A stretch of 64,000 nucleotides of DNA. Source: Candidatus Hydrogenedentota bacterium. GTDB lineage: Bacteria > Hydrogenedentota > Hydrogenedentia > Hydrogenedentales > SLHB01. The notes beneath the pieces were generated by a model. The model was not told the origin of the DNA, searched no databases, and saw only the letters and a program-made list of their open reading frames with translations. Location of the stretch: positions 1-64,000 of the forward strand of contig CAXXTH010000010.1 of NCBI GenBank assembly GCA_963668025.2, read 5' to 3'. The translations under genes were made by a program, and so were the position numbers. Shown in pieces: positions 41,566 to 51,186 of this stretch. Within the stretch, counting starts at the first letter, position 1. Each line of letters begins with the position of its first letter.

Positions 41566-42132
41566 ATGGCCAAGCTCTACGCCTCGAATGCCCGTGCTGT
41601 CATTCTGCGCATGTTTCTGCTAGATCCCCTTCGTTCGTATTACCAGCGCCAAATAGAGGGCGCTACGGATCTGCCCATTCGGGCGGTCCAGCGGGAAGTC
41701 GAACGATTATCGAGCATTGGCCTGCTTTACCGCCGGGAAGAAGGCAACCGCGCCTATTATCAAGTGAACACCCTGTTCCCGTTCTACCCCGAGTTGCGCA
41801 GCATGGTCTTGAAAAGCTGTAGTCCAGTGGACCGTTTGCGCGGGCAGCTTGCGGTGAGAGATGATATCCGGCTCGTCTTTTGGTGCGAGGGCAAGAACCG
41901 GGTGCTGGTGGTGGTTCAGGGGGAATCAGATATAGAGTTCGCCGAGCCATCGTGTTACGCCATTACCGCCATGCCATGCGAAGAGTTTGAACGGGCGCTG
42001 GCGGCGGGCGCAAAAGAAATAAAACTGTTTTTGGAACGGGGCGTAGACCTGCTGGGGCGCAGGGATGGGGTGATCTGGCGCCGCATCGAAGCCGCGGGAT
42101 ACACGGTGCGCAAGGGAAAGGGTGTGGCCTAG
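41566..42132 (+). CDS. Winged-helix DNA-binding protein with degenerate C-terminal nucleotidyltransferase-like region
   Basis: LYASNARAVIL...YYQRQI...AVQREVERL..IGLL...GNRAYYQVN matches wHTH-MNT fusions, but the GS...DxD motif is missing. Confidence 0.55.
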   Translation: MAKLYASNARAVILRMFLLDPLRSYYQRQIEGATDLPIRAVQREVERLSSIGLLYRREEGNRAYYQVNTLFPFYPELRSMVLKSCSPVDRLRGQLAVRDDIRLVFWCEGKNRVLVVVQGESDIEFAEPSCYAITAMPCEEFERALAAGAKEIKLFLERGVDLLGRRDGVIWRRIEAAGYTVRKGKGVA

Positions 42133-42134
42133 CC

Positions 42135-43568
42135 ATGAAGCCAAAACTGGATCTCAAGAAGCTGTGTGAAGCCTGGCGCGAGCGGCTGGCGGAGGCCTGC
42201 CATGAAAACCAAGCCCGCTTTGCGGAAGAGTTTTTGCAATGGTTTGGATGGGCCGACCCCGTGCCAGTGGCATGCCCAGGCCATATGGGCTCCATCGCGC
42301 CCGTGTCGTACCTGCTCGAGCGCGAACAATACGGAGTGATTGCGGCCCATTTTATGCCGCCCGGTTCGCTGCCCCCCCCGAGTTCGCTCCAAGAACGGGG
42401 CTTGGATTTTTGCGACGCCACCCGCTTGCTGTGCAATGCCACCCGCGTGATGAATGTCCGCTATGCCTTCGCTACGGATTTTTTTAGGGGATATTTTTAT
42501 GACACCATGACGGATGAGCTGCTGCTGGGGGCGGATACTCCGGCGGGGATCAGCCAGGATATGGGAGAAGTGCTCGAACAGGTGCGCGTCGAGGAAGGCG
42601 CTTTGGATGAGATCCGCCGCCAGCCGCGAAGCCATTCGGCCCGCATGCTCCGCGAATGGATGGAGCGCTGGTTCGAGGCCCTCAACGCCGATTGGCAATG
42701 CCCGGAGGAACTGGCTTGGCTGGCGCTCGACCGGCTCGTGCTGCTGCGGTATATGGCCGAACGCAACAGTCTCAAGCGGGGTGGCTGGCAGATCCGGCAG
42801 ATATTCGGTGAAATGCTTTCTGCCGCATCGGGCCGGGGAGCGCGCGGAGCTGGCCATTCGCTCGTGGCGCTGTGCCATGAACTGCACGCCAAATGGCACA
42901 TAGGATTGTTTGCACCGGAACAGCGCCTCGACGCCACCCTCGAGCAAGATGAGGTGTCCTCTCCATTGCTTCACGAGTTCTGCATGCTGTCGCGCTCGAA
43001 ATTCCAGCTTCCGACCATTCTGGAAAGCTTCAATTATGGGGAGGCTGCTGAGAAGGCGCGTGTCCGCATGATCCCCGAAGTGAATGAAGAGCGCAGTGCA
43101 TATTTGGCCAAGCAAGTGGTTGAAGGCATTGATGCGGCGCGCATTGAATTGGACCTTGATGGAGAAGGCTACCGCGCCATTTTTTATTGGTTTGATCAAT
43201 TGCTGGCGTTATATGACCGTTTGGCGGGAGAATATGAAAATAGCCTGGACCAAGCCCAGGCATCCGCGCCTGCACCGGATTTATTCGCCTGGTCGGAAGC
43301 AGACGCCAGCAGGCCGCATGCGCTGCGTGATCCGTTCCAGCATGCCGTCGAGCAGGGGATTGTGCTGTATTGCGCCTCGCCCCGCCAGCAACGCACGGCG
43401 CGGCTTCTGTTCTATCTGCACTTAATCGAGCGCTACCGGTCGGCGAAAAGCCGCATTTTGCGGTTTCCGAGCATCGAGACCGCATTGCAGCCGCGCCCGC
43501 GCATGCTCGAATCGGACCGGCGGCGCATCTTTGAACCGGGTGTCGAGAGTGAATGGGAGGCGATGTAA
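42135..43568 (+). CDS. Degenerate Type IIG restriction-modification-like protein lacking catalytic motifs
   Basis: Conserved blocks occur in Type IIG order (FATDF..YFYD, LDRLVLLRYMAERN, WHIGLF, PTILESF, QRTARLLFYL), but there is no E-x-K nuclease, DPACGSG or NPPY motif. Confidence 0.5.
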   Translation: MKPKLDLKKLCEAWRERLAEACHENQARFAEEFLQWFGWADPVPVACPGHMGSIAPVSYLLEREQYGVIAAHFMPPGSLPPPSSLQERGLDFCDATRLLCNATRVMNVRYAFATDFFRGYFYDTMTDELLLGADTPAGISQDMGEVLEQVRVEEGALDEIRRQPRSHSARMLREWMERWFEALNADWQCPEELAWLALDRLVLLRYMAERNSLKRGGWQIRQIFGEMLSAASGRGARGAGHSLVALCHELHAKWHIGLFAPEQRLDATLEQDEVSSPLLHEFCMLSRSKFQLPTILESFNYGEAAEKARVRMIPEVNEERSAYLAKQVVEGIDAARIELDLDGEGYRAIFYWFDQLLALYDRLAGEYENSLDQAQASAPAPDLFAWSEADASRPHALRDPFQHAVEQGIVLYCASPRQQRTARLLFYLHLIERYRSAKSRILRFPSIETALQPRPRMLESDRRRIFEPGVESEWEAM

Positions 43569-43675
43569 CACGGCATGCCTATCATTGCAATAAACGGGCT
43601 TCTGAACAGAACAAGATAGGCTTTAGCAAAAATAGGCGCTTCCATTGGGAAAGAAGAAGCCGGGCCACCGCCTCA

Positions 43676-44731
43676 TCATTGACGCATGTAATCAAACGAC
43701 TCGCCCCATGTCATGAATATCGCACGGGACGATTCGTTTCCTAACCGAATGCGATCCAACCAGTACGGTTCGCGGTGGTCGATCGGATGGTCGAGTTCAT
43801 TTTCGTGGCCCGGGATAACGACTGCGGGCTGGAAACCGGCAATCATACGCGGCAAGTCAGGGGCCCAGCAATTCGGCATTAACACATCAACGCGGTGCTT
43901 TTGCGCGATGGTATCGAGCCATTCGAAGTCCTTTTGGTTGGACTGATCGCCAGTGTGGGCAAAAACCAGGTCTTCCGATGTCGTCACGATCACTACATTG
44001 TTGGGTATTTCTTCTCCCTGATGCCCTGGGCCGTTGACGACACTCAGTCGTTCCGCGCCATCTTTTATGGAAACAACCTGCACCGCGGATGCGTCACATC
44101 GAAGCCGAAGAAGGCGGCCGGAGAACGCCTGTTCTTTCCATAACTCTTCCGGAACCATGACAGCCTTTCCATGACGAACGAAGGCTTCCGCAATTATCGG
44201 ATCGGCGTGATCTGGATGGGCGTGGCTTATAAACAGGGCATCGCATTGCTGTGCAAAATCTTCGACGGTATGGCCAGGCAATACGAACGCACCATTACGA
44301 ATGTGTTTCCCTGTGACTACATCAAACGCGACTGTCGCAGAGGCAGTTCGCACGATGAAGCCGTCATTGTATAGCTTCCAGATGCGCGCACCCTTTGTTA
44401 TCTTCGTCTCCTGGAGCGTCTTCCCTACTGCTTCGATCCGTTTTACGAAGAACGTCTGTACAGACGGCCGGGCGGCCGCCTCCGGTTCATGCAGCACATT
44501 ATCCAGCAGAAGCAGCGCAGCGCGGTGTTCTGGAGGTTCCTCAAGCGCGGGAGGGAACTGGCGCAAGAGCAAATCCACGGTGGCAAGGGACTGCCGGTGC
44601 TGCTCATTGAGGAAGCCTGGAATATCATTCCACCAATCGAGTTTCTTCTCTGTGGCGTCGAATGACTGGCCAGATAAATCACAACAGACGGAAAGACTGA
44701 TTTGCGCGAGAAGCATCCCTGAAATCATCAT
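43676..44731 (-). CDS. MBL-fold metallo-hydrolase (UlaG-like), probably exported
   Basis: Motifs WKLYNDGF, FISHAHPDHAD, GHQ, HTGD and IPGHENE. Confidence 0.8.
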   Translation of the reverse strand: MMISGMLLAQISLSVCCDLSGQSFDATEKKLDWWNDIPGFLNEQHRQSLATVDLLLRQFPPALEEPPEHRAALLLLDNVLHEPEAAARPSVQTFFVKRIEAVGKTLQETKITKGARIWKLYNDGFIVRTASATVAFDVVTGKHIRNGAFVLPGHTVEDFAQQCDALFISHAHPDHADPIIAEAFVRHGKAVMVPEELWKEQAFSGRLLRLRCDASAVQVVSIKDGAERLSVVNGPGHQGEEIPNNVVIVTTSEDLVFAHTGDQSNQKDFEWLDTIAQKHRVDVLMPNCWAPDLPRMIAGFQPAVVIPGHENELDHPIDHREPYWLDRIRLGNESSRAIFMTWGESFDYMRQ

Positions 44732-44931
44732 AATGAAGAAACCTTCAGTGCATGAGATTCACGCGCCAGATGAGCAAGTTGCACCATTATCTCCTACATG
44801 GCATAACCGGCAATTCGCAAGGTTGCCCTGAGATGCTGCAAGCTCCTATTCAATGCACCTATATTGATGCTTTGAACATTACGAACTCGCCAGAGACTAT
44901 ATGAATGGGAAATAGGAAAAGATATACCTAA

Positions 44932-45018
44932 TGGTGCCGGAAAGAGGGCTCGAACCTCCACGCCCTTGCGAGCACATGGTCCTGAACCATGCGTGTCTGC
45001 CAATTCCACCATTCCGGC
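44932..45018 (-). tRNA. tRNA-Leu (anticodon CAG)
   Basis: GCCGGAATGGTGGAATTGGCAGACACGCATGGTT-CAG-GACCATG...GGTTCGAGCCC...CCGGCACCA, with a long variable arm and encoded CCA. Upstream TTGACG-N18-TATGAT promoter at 45030-45059. Confidence 0.97.
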
Positions 45019-45073
45019 AACGAAGCGGGATCATAGCGTAAATTTAGTGCCTTCGTCAAGCCGAATTTATTCC

Positions 45074-46895
45074 GAGGCATTTGCGAAATAAAGAAAATCC
45101 GTATTGACAAGGGTTTACAAAGCGGCGGAATTGGCGCCTACCCCGGAGAATGCGGGGAAAGGGGCTTGGCGGGGGCATGAATAAGGATTTTTTGTGAAAA
45201 ATCACCCCAAATGCCCTCGGCGAGCGGGAAAAGGCGTAACGTCTCCCGTGTGTGATTGTAGTATAGTTGACCACATAACCACGCACACACCAAGGAGACG
45301 TTTGCGATGGCCATTATACACCAAATGGGGTTGTTCTCGTGGAACCAGGTCGACGCGGCGTCGGATCTGGATCGGCTGAACCTGTTGCTGGCGGCGCTGC
45401 CGGATGAAGATTTGATGCGGGCGATGGAAGCCGAACGCAAGGGGCGGCGCGACGATTATCCTATCCGCGCGATGTGGAACAGCATACTGGCGGGGATCGT
45501 CTTCCAGCACGACGGCGTCGAAAGCCTGCGCCGCGAACTAGCCCGAAACGGGCAATTGCGCCAGTTGTGCGGATTCGACGTGTTGCGGGGCGCCAAGGCG
45601 GTCCCGCCCGAATGGGTGTACACGCGGTTCTTCGCCAGATTACTGCGCCACTGGAAAGAAGTGGACCGGATGTTCGACGCGCTCATCGTCCGGCTGATGG
45701 AACGCTTGCCGGATCTCGGGGTGCGTCTGGCCGTAGACTCGAAAGCCATCCAAACCCACGCCAAGCCTCCGCGCAAAGACGCGGTCCTGGAAAACGAAGA
45801 GCCGGACGGGCGGCGCGACCGCGACGCAGACTGGGGCACGAAAACCTACAAGGGCGTTCACAAGGACGGCACGCCCTGGGAGAAGGTCAAACGGTGGTTC
45901 GGCTACAAGCTGCACCTCATCGTGGACACGAAATATGAATTGCCGCTGGGCTACGCGGTCACGAAAGCCAGCGCCAACGACTCGCCCTTTCTGCTGCCCC
46001 TCGTGGCGGCTCTCGACGCGCGCCACCCCGAACTCGTCCAACGCGCCGAGTACCTCAGCGCCGACAAGGGCTATGATTCCGAAGCCAACAACAAGGGCCT
46101 CTTCGAGGAACATGAAATCCGGCCCATCGTGGACATCCGGGCGACCTGGAAAGAAGAACCGGAACGGCCCCGCCCTTTATATCCCGAACGGGTAGACACG
46201 ATCTTCCATACCGAACGAGGTGAAGTCCTCTGCCGGTGTCGTAACGGCGCCCCAAACGAACGCGACAACTATGATTCCATGGCCTACCAAGGATTCGAGC
46301 AAGATCGGGGAACCTTGAAATACCGTTGCCCAGCCAAGGCACGCGGGAGCGCCTGTACCCAGCAAGACCTCTGCAACCAAGGATGCCAGCCCGAACACGG
46401 ACGGATTGTCCGCGTGCCCATCGCTATCGACCGGCGCATCTTTACCCCCCTGCCCCGCAGCGCCAAATCCTGGCGCCGCGAATACAAACACCGCACCGCC
46501 ATCGAGCGAGTCAACAGCCGACTCGACGGCGCATACGGATTCGAGCGCCACTACATCCGCGGTATGAAAAAGATGCGCGCCCGCACCGGATTAGCCCTCC
46601 TCGTCATGCTCGGCATGGCCCTGGGATGGCTCGAAGCCGGCCAGGCAGAACGCATGCGCTCGCTCCTCGGACAGCCCCGCGCCGCATAGATCACATCGAA
46701 TCCGCACAAGCAATGATGGCCCGAATCAAGGGCAAACCATGCCCATTCGGGCCGCAAGGGTCCTACACGCGAACCTCCTGCATGATTTATTGCACCCGTA
46801 GCGGAGGCGTAATCCCATTGCCACAGGCGAAAACCGCTCCGCGTGTGCCCGCACCGTCCGCGCGTTCGCAAACCACGCTATTTCGCAAATGCCTC
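45074..46895 (+). mobile_element. IS1182/IS5-like DDE insertion sequence
   Basis: Perfect 17-bp TIRs GAGGCATTTGCGAAATA / TATTTCGCAAATGCCTC and a 5-bp TSD ATTCC (45069-45073 and 46896-46900). Confidence 0.9.
45307..46689 (+). CDS. DDE transposase (IS1182/IS5-like)
   Basis: Motifs AVDSK, WFGYKLHL, ADKGYD and YKHRTAIERVNSRL, plus a Cys-rich insertion. Confidence 0.88.
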   Translation: MAIIHQMGLFSWNQVDAASDLDRLNLLLAALPDEDLMRAMEAERKGRRDDYPIRAMWNSILAGIVFQHDGVESLRRELARNGQLRQLCGFDVLRGAKAVPPEWVYTRFFARLLRHWKEVDRMFDALIVRLMERLPDLGVRLAVDSKAIQTHAKPPRKDAVLENEEPDGRRDRDADWGTKTYKGVHKDGTPWEKVKRWFGYKLHLIVDTKYELPLGYAVTKASANDSPFLLPLVAALDARHPELVQRAEYLSADKGYDSEANNKGLFEEHEIRPIVDIRATWKEEPERPRPLYPERVDTIFHTERGEVLCRCRNGAPNERDNYDSMAYQGFEQDRGTLKYRCPAKARGSACTQQDLCNQGCQPEHGRIVRVPIAIDRRIFTPLPRSAKSWRREYKHRTAIERVNSRLDGAYGFERHYIRGMKKMRARTGLALLVMLGMALGWLEAGQAERMRSLLGQPRAA

Positions 46896-46968
46896 ATTCC
46901 GAGGGCAGGGCTTACGCATCTAATAGTGCTCAAGAGTCGATTTATCCTGTTGTGCATGATTTTTTCTG

Positions 46969-47268
46969 TCAACGTGGCCTGGGATTTTTCGCTTGGGGGA
47001 AGGTCTTTGCGCGCTCACGGCGGGTTTGCTTGACGACTTCGTCCACGTAGCGTTCAGCCAGCTTCATGAAAGCCTGGTAGCCATTGATGGCCTCTTTTAG
47101 GAACTCGGTTTCGCGCGCCGGCACATAGCGAACCACGTTCTTCTCGTTCTCCCAGCTCTGGTGGTTAAAGTGGGGACGCCCGCCCATTTGACAGAGCTTT
47201 CCGCGCTCCATCCGCTCAATCTGCGCCATGCGCTCCAGCAATGCTTGCATCTTTTTGGTGTGCTTCAT
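46969..47268 (-). CDS. Small basic IS-associated protein (DUF6788-like)
   Basis: 99-aa paralogue of 4395..4694, divergent from the transposase and inside the TIRs. Confidence 0.75.
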   Translation of the reverse strand: MKHTKKMQALLERMAQIERMERGKLCQMGGRPHFNHQSWENEKNVVRYVPARETEFLKEAINGYQAFMKLAERYVDEVVKQTRRERAKTFPQAKNPRPR

Positions 47269-47339
47269 GGATTTTAATATATAGAATTCTATATACTAGA
47301 GTCAACAGTGCTTCGGCGCATGAATGAAAGGAGCACCCC

Positions 47340-48497
47340 ATGACCGCTGAAAAGAAATCCCTGCCCAAGCCCAAGCCTATTATCGAGTGTTTCGCGGGCC
47401 TGCCCGATCCCCGCATGGACCGAACCCGCAGGCACAACTTCATTGACATCTTGATGATTGGGCTATGCTCAGCCCTCGTGGGCGGGGAGAGCTTTTTGGA
47501 TATGGAGCGCTTCGGCCGGCTCCGGGAGGATTGGCTGAAGGGCTTCCTGGAATTGCCCGGCGGCATCCCCTCGCACGACACCTTCAACCGGGTCTTTTCC
47601 GCCCTCGACCCCCATGCCTTTCTGGAATGCTTCGGCCAATGGGTGCAGGGCATTTGCCCCAATCTAAGCGATGAGGTCGCCGCCATTGACGGCAAAGCCC
47701 TGCGGCGCGCCTTGAATCAGGGGGAGGCCATCCCCTACATCGTCAGCGCATGGGCTTGCGAGCACGGCCTGGCGCTGGGGCAGGTCAAGGTGGACGAGAA
47801 ATCCAACGAAATCACCGCCGTCCCCAAACTCCTCAACGCCTTAAAGCTCAAGGGAGCCATCGTCACCCTGGACGCCATGGGCTGCCAGAAGGATATCGCC
47901 TCCCACATTATCCAACGGCAGGCCGACTACGTGCTGGCCCTCAAAGGCAACCACGCCACCGCCCTAGAAGAAGTGAAGGCCTTTTTCAAGGACGCCGTTC
48001 CCCCTTGCGCCACCCAGTGCGCGCCAACAGCCGACGCCACACGGATGGATTTCCACCAGACCATCGACAAGGGGCATGGCCGCATCGAAACCCGCCGATA
48101 CTGGCAATCCACCGACTTGGGCTGGTTCGAGGACAAAGGACTTTGGAAGGGCCTCAAGAGTTTCGGCATGGTCGAGTCCATCCGCAAGGAAAAAGGGAAG
48201 AACACCATCGAGCGGCGCTACTACTTGAGCAGCCTGCCCCTCGACGCACGACGATTCGCCCACGCCGTGCGTGGACACTGGGGCGTGGAAAACAATTTGC
48301 ACTGGCGCCTAGACATTATCTTTCGCGAAGACGACAACCGCGCCCGAACAAGAAACGCCGCCCAGAATCTCGCCTCCTTGAGGAGAATTACACTCAACCT
48401 CCTCAAGAAAGACAAGACCAACAAAGATTTCCTCAGGGGCAAGCGCTTCGCTGCTGCACTCGACCCCGAATACCTTCTACGTTTACTGGGAATTTAG
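47340..48497 (+). CDS. ISAs1-family transposase (intact)
   Basis: Motifs GIPSHDTF, AIDGK, KSNEITA, DAMGCQ and [15 protein letters not shown]...FRED. RBS GAAAGGAG. Confidence 0.93.
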   Translation: MTAEKKSLPKPKPIIECFAGLPDPRMDRTRRHNFIDILMIGLCSALVGGESFLDMERFGRLREDWLKGFLELPGGIPSHDTFNRVFSALDPHAFLECFGQWVQGICPNLSDEVAAIDGKALRRALNQGEAIPYIVSAWACEHGLALGQVKVDEKSNEITAVPKLLNALKLKGAIVTLDAMGCQKDIASHIIQRQADYVLALKGNHATALEEVKAFFKDAVPPCATQCAPTADATRMDFHQTIDKGHGRIETRRYWQSTDLGWFEDKGLWKGLKSFGMVESIRKEKGKNTIERRYYLSSLPLDARRFAHAVRGHWGVENNLHWRLDIIFREDDNRARTRNAAQNLASLRRITLNLLKKDKTNKDFLRGKRFAAALDPEYLLRLLGI

Positions 48498-48617
48498 ATG
48501 CGTAAGCCCTGTGCTGAAGGGGCCTGCGTCAAAAAAGTGGGTTTTCGTTTCCCCCCCCTTTTTTTGGCCCGATGTATGTAGTAAGATTACTACAATAAAT
48601 AGAGAGGAGAACCAATC

Positions 48618-48998
48618 ATGGCCAATAAACGCACGCTGGAAGAAAAACGCTTGGACTTGCTCGATCAATTGGGCGAAATACGAACCTTGAGAAAAGGATC
48701 CCTCAATGAACAATGGTTTCCCTCTATCAAGGACGGGAAAAAAACGCGAGAGTTACGCGGACCCTATTACTTATGGACAAGCAAGAAAAACAATAAGACC
48801 GTGAGCGAACGCATTTGCGGCGAGCAAGAATTGAACCGCGCGCGTCAGGATGAGGAAAACTATAAACGTTTCCGGGATGTATGCAGACAATTCGAGTCGG
48901 TGGCCCAAGAACTGGGCGAACTGGAACGGATGCAGAGCGCCGAACAAGACGCCCTCAAAAAAAAACGCAAGCCGCCATCGAAAAAGACGCCGAAGTAA
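48618..48998 (+). CDS. IS ORF1 (DUF6788-like), N-terminal frameshift partner of the transposase
   Basis: LRKGSL...GPYYLWTSKKNNKTVS...ENYKRF, with RBS GAGGAG and an A9 run at 48957-48965. Confidence 0.75.
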   Translation: MANKRTLEEKRLDLLDQLGEIRTLRKGSLNEQWFPSIKDGKKTRELRGPYYLWTSKKNNKTVSERICGEQELNRARQDEENYKRFRDVCRQFESVAQELGELERMQSAEQDALKKKRKPPSKKTPK

Positions 48999-50302
48999 CG
49001 CGGATTTTCAACGCGGCAAAACGCGCGGCGGGAACGGATCTCGAAGCATTGGAACAAGCCCTGCGCGGCGCGGCCCTCATGGGAGGGGCCAAGGCGCTCG
49101 ATGCCTTTTTAAGAAAGGTGGGCGTGGGCCGGCGCGGGGAAAAAGCGCGTTGCTCATGCATGGCGGTAATGAAAAGCCGTGGCCTGAAGACAAAAACCAT
49201 CGTCACTCTTTTGGGCAAGATCCGCTTTACGCGCACCGCCTACCGGTGCCCCCGGTGCGGCAAATGGCGGTATCCCGGCGACGAGGAGCTCGATGTCGCC
49301 AACACGCGCTATTCGCCGGGCGTGCGGCGTCTCGTGGCGGATTTCGCCAGCGACGCCCCATTCAAAAGGGTGTCGCAACAACTGAAAGCAGCCGCCGGAC
49401 TCGTGATCAGCCGCAAGGACTGTGAGCGTATCGCGGAACAGACCGGCCAGCAAGCCGCCCACTGGTTCGCGCAAGAACGGGACCGTATCCGATTCCAGGA
49501 ACCGCCGCCTCCCGATGCCGCCAAAACTATCGAGACCCTTTACATCGAGTTCGACGGCAGCGGCGTTCCCATGGTGCCCGAGGCGCTCGAAGGCCGCAAG
49601 GGAAAATATCAAAACGGCAAGCCCAAAACCCGCGAGGTGAAAATCGGATGCGTTTTTTCTCAAACCGCCTTCAACGAAAAAGGCCGCCCCATCCGGGATA
49701 GGGGCTCCGCCAGTTTCGTGGGCGCCATCGAGACGTCCGAACAGTTTCAATGGCGCATCTACGCCGAGGCCGTCCGCCGCGGATTGTTCAGGGCCAAACG
49801 CGTCGTATGCCTCACCGATGGGGCCGAATGGATACGAAACATCGTACAAACCCATTTTCACGCCGCCATCCACGTAGTCGACTTGTATCACGCGCGCGAG
49901 CATCTCGGGAACCTGTGCAAATTGTTGTTTGGACGCGACGAAAAACGTTTGGCCTTGTACAAGGGCAAATGGTGGGACGATCTGGATGAGGGAAAGATCG
50001 AAACCATCGTGGAAGAAGCCGCCGTGCTGTTGCCAAACAATGGGCCGGATGCCAAAGAAGCCGTTACCGCCATCGGCTATTTTGAGACGAACAAAGAACG
50101 CATGCGCTACAACGATTTTTTTGCCAAGGGACTATTCGTTGGCTCGGGAGTCATTGAAGCGGCGTGCAGGACGGTCGTTGGCCAGCGTATGAAGCACTCC
50201 GGTATGGAATGGACCGTCCGTGGCGCAAATGCCATTACGGCGTTGCGATGCCTTATTCAATCCAATCGCTTCGAGGAGTATTGGGAACAAAGAACCGGAT
50301 GA
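48881..50302 (+). CDS. ISKra4-type DDE transposase (ORF2, -1 frame relative to ORF1)
   Basis: Motifs YRCPRCG, EFDGSGVP, TDGAEWI, DLYHAREHL, VGSGVIEAAC and SGMEW. Confidence 0.88.
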   Translation: MQTIRVGGPRTGRTGTDAERRTRRPQKKTQAAIEKDAEVTRIFNAAKRAAGTDLEALEQALRGAALMGGAKALDAFLRKVGVGRRGEKARCSCMAVMKSRGLKTKTIVTLLGKIRFTRTAYRCPRCGKWRYPGDEELDVANTRYSPGVRRLVADFASDAPFKRVSQQLKAAAGLVISRKDCERIAEQTGQQAAHWFAQERDRIRFQEPPPPDAAKTIETLYIEFDGSGVPMVPEALEGRKGKYQNGKPKTREVKIGCVFSQTAFNEKGRPIRDRGSASFVGAIETSEQFQWRIYAEAVRRGLFRAKRVVCLTDGAEWIRNIVQTHFHAAIHVVDLYHAREHLGNLCKLLFGRDEKRLALYKGKWWDDLDEGKIETIVEEAAVLLPNNGPDAKEAVTAIGYFETNKERMRYNDFFAKGLFVGSGVIEAACRTVVGQRMKHSGMEWTVRGANAITALRCLIQSNRFEEYWEQRTG

Positions 50303-50327
50303 AAACCCACTTTTTTGACGCAGGCCC

Positions 50328-50575
50328 TGCTCTTGGACAGCAAACGCCGAGAGCGCCACCGAGTATGTCCTCAGCATTACCGATGAAGCGCTGTCAGCGC
50401 ATCTCGATGAAAATCCAGGCTTCGCGGAACGCTATTATGAAATGAGATTAGGGCTTTACAATGGGAATACGATTCCGGCTGCTCTGCCTAAGCTCGCGGC
50501 CATGGTGGAAGAAAGCCGGAACATATCTCCCTAAGTCCATGTTCATTTTCTTGCACTTCTGGTAGAAAATCCATT
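50328..50575 (+). pseudogene. Fragment paralogous to the exported protein 15167..16345
   Basis: ANAESATEYVLSITDEAL...LPKLAAMVEESRNISP*VHVHFLALL aligns with ANAMTATEYISMITEDEL...IPELEAMVEESASISPAVHANLLALL. Internal TAA at 50532; the 5' end is cut by the IS. Confidence 0.75.
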
Positions 50576-50789
50576 GGATTCTACTCAAAGAGGCCTCGAA
50601 ATATTAGGCACTACTAATAAAATCCCTTCAAACCAAGAAAGCAATAAAGATGGAGTACTTAATAGAGATGCCTTTTCCGGAAATCCATGGATGCCTTCTC
50701 AACGAATTCCTTCTACTTGGCCAGCTAGACAGTTACAAAAATTGTGGTATAATTGCACATGATGAAGCCTTGAAAGAGGAGAGAGAACG

Positions 50790-50993
50790 ATGGGTTCGGT
50801 AGGCAGTATTAGTGGATCTTCCGGTGTCATGCAATATGTGGCTCGGAGCCAGGAAGAAATTAAGCAGGGGTTACAAGAAACCCAAGCTAAAATGCAAGCG
50901 GCTAAAGAACGTAGCGGCCAGGCGATGAGCGCCATGCTGAATGCTTCGGTAACGGGAGGCGGCACGGGAGCCAACCTCAACGTTCTCGCATGA
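50790..50993 (+). CDS. Small hypothetical protein (start probably at the ATG just before GSVGS)
   Basis: 67-aa coiled-coil-like ORF after RBS GAGGAGAG, ending GTGANLNVLA (resembles YjfB-like small proteins). Confidence 0.55.
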   Translation: MGSVGSISGSSGVMQYVARSQEEIKQGLQETQAKMQAAKERSGQAMSAMLNASVTGGGTGANLNVLA

Positions 50994-51186
50994 CTCCTGA
51001 AAATATCCTCCCGCCGCGTTGCCCCTCATTTTCCCACCCCCCCTTTTTTTCACCCCGTGAATGCGTAACGAAGCGCCGGGCATAAAGAACAAGCCTTCAA
51101 GCGTTTAGGTGACAATGAACGCGCAATTGTGTACCATCCAAACGGTAGTGACTCACGCGGCAGTGAAGAGGGGCTAAGGCTGTGCC

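Larger units (their letters stand above)
46906..48511 (+). mobile_element. ISAs1-family insertion sequence with divergent passenger ORF (intact copy)
   Basis: Perfect 18-bp TIRs CAGGGCTTACGCATCTAA / TTAGATGCGTAAGCCCTG. Confidence 0.92.
48520..50327 (+). mobile_element. ISKra4-type insertion sequence, two ORFs with probable -1 frameshift
   Basis: Perfect 27-bp TIRs GGGCCTGCGTCAAAAAAGTGGGTTTTC. No TSD. Confidence 0.9.

Noticed and set aside
44800-44931. Integrative element at the tRNA-Leu 3' end
   Set aside because: No integrase and no duplicated tRNA 3' fragment seen in the window.
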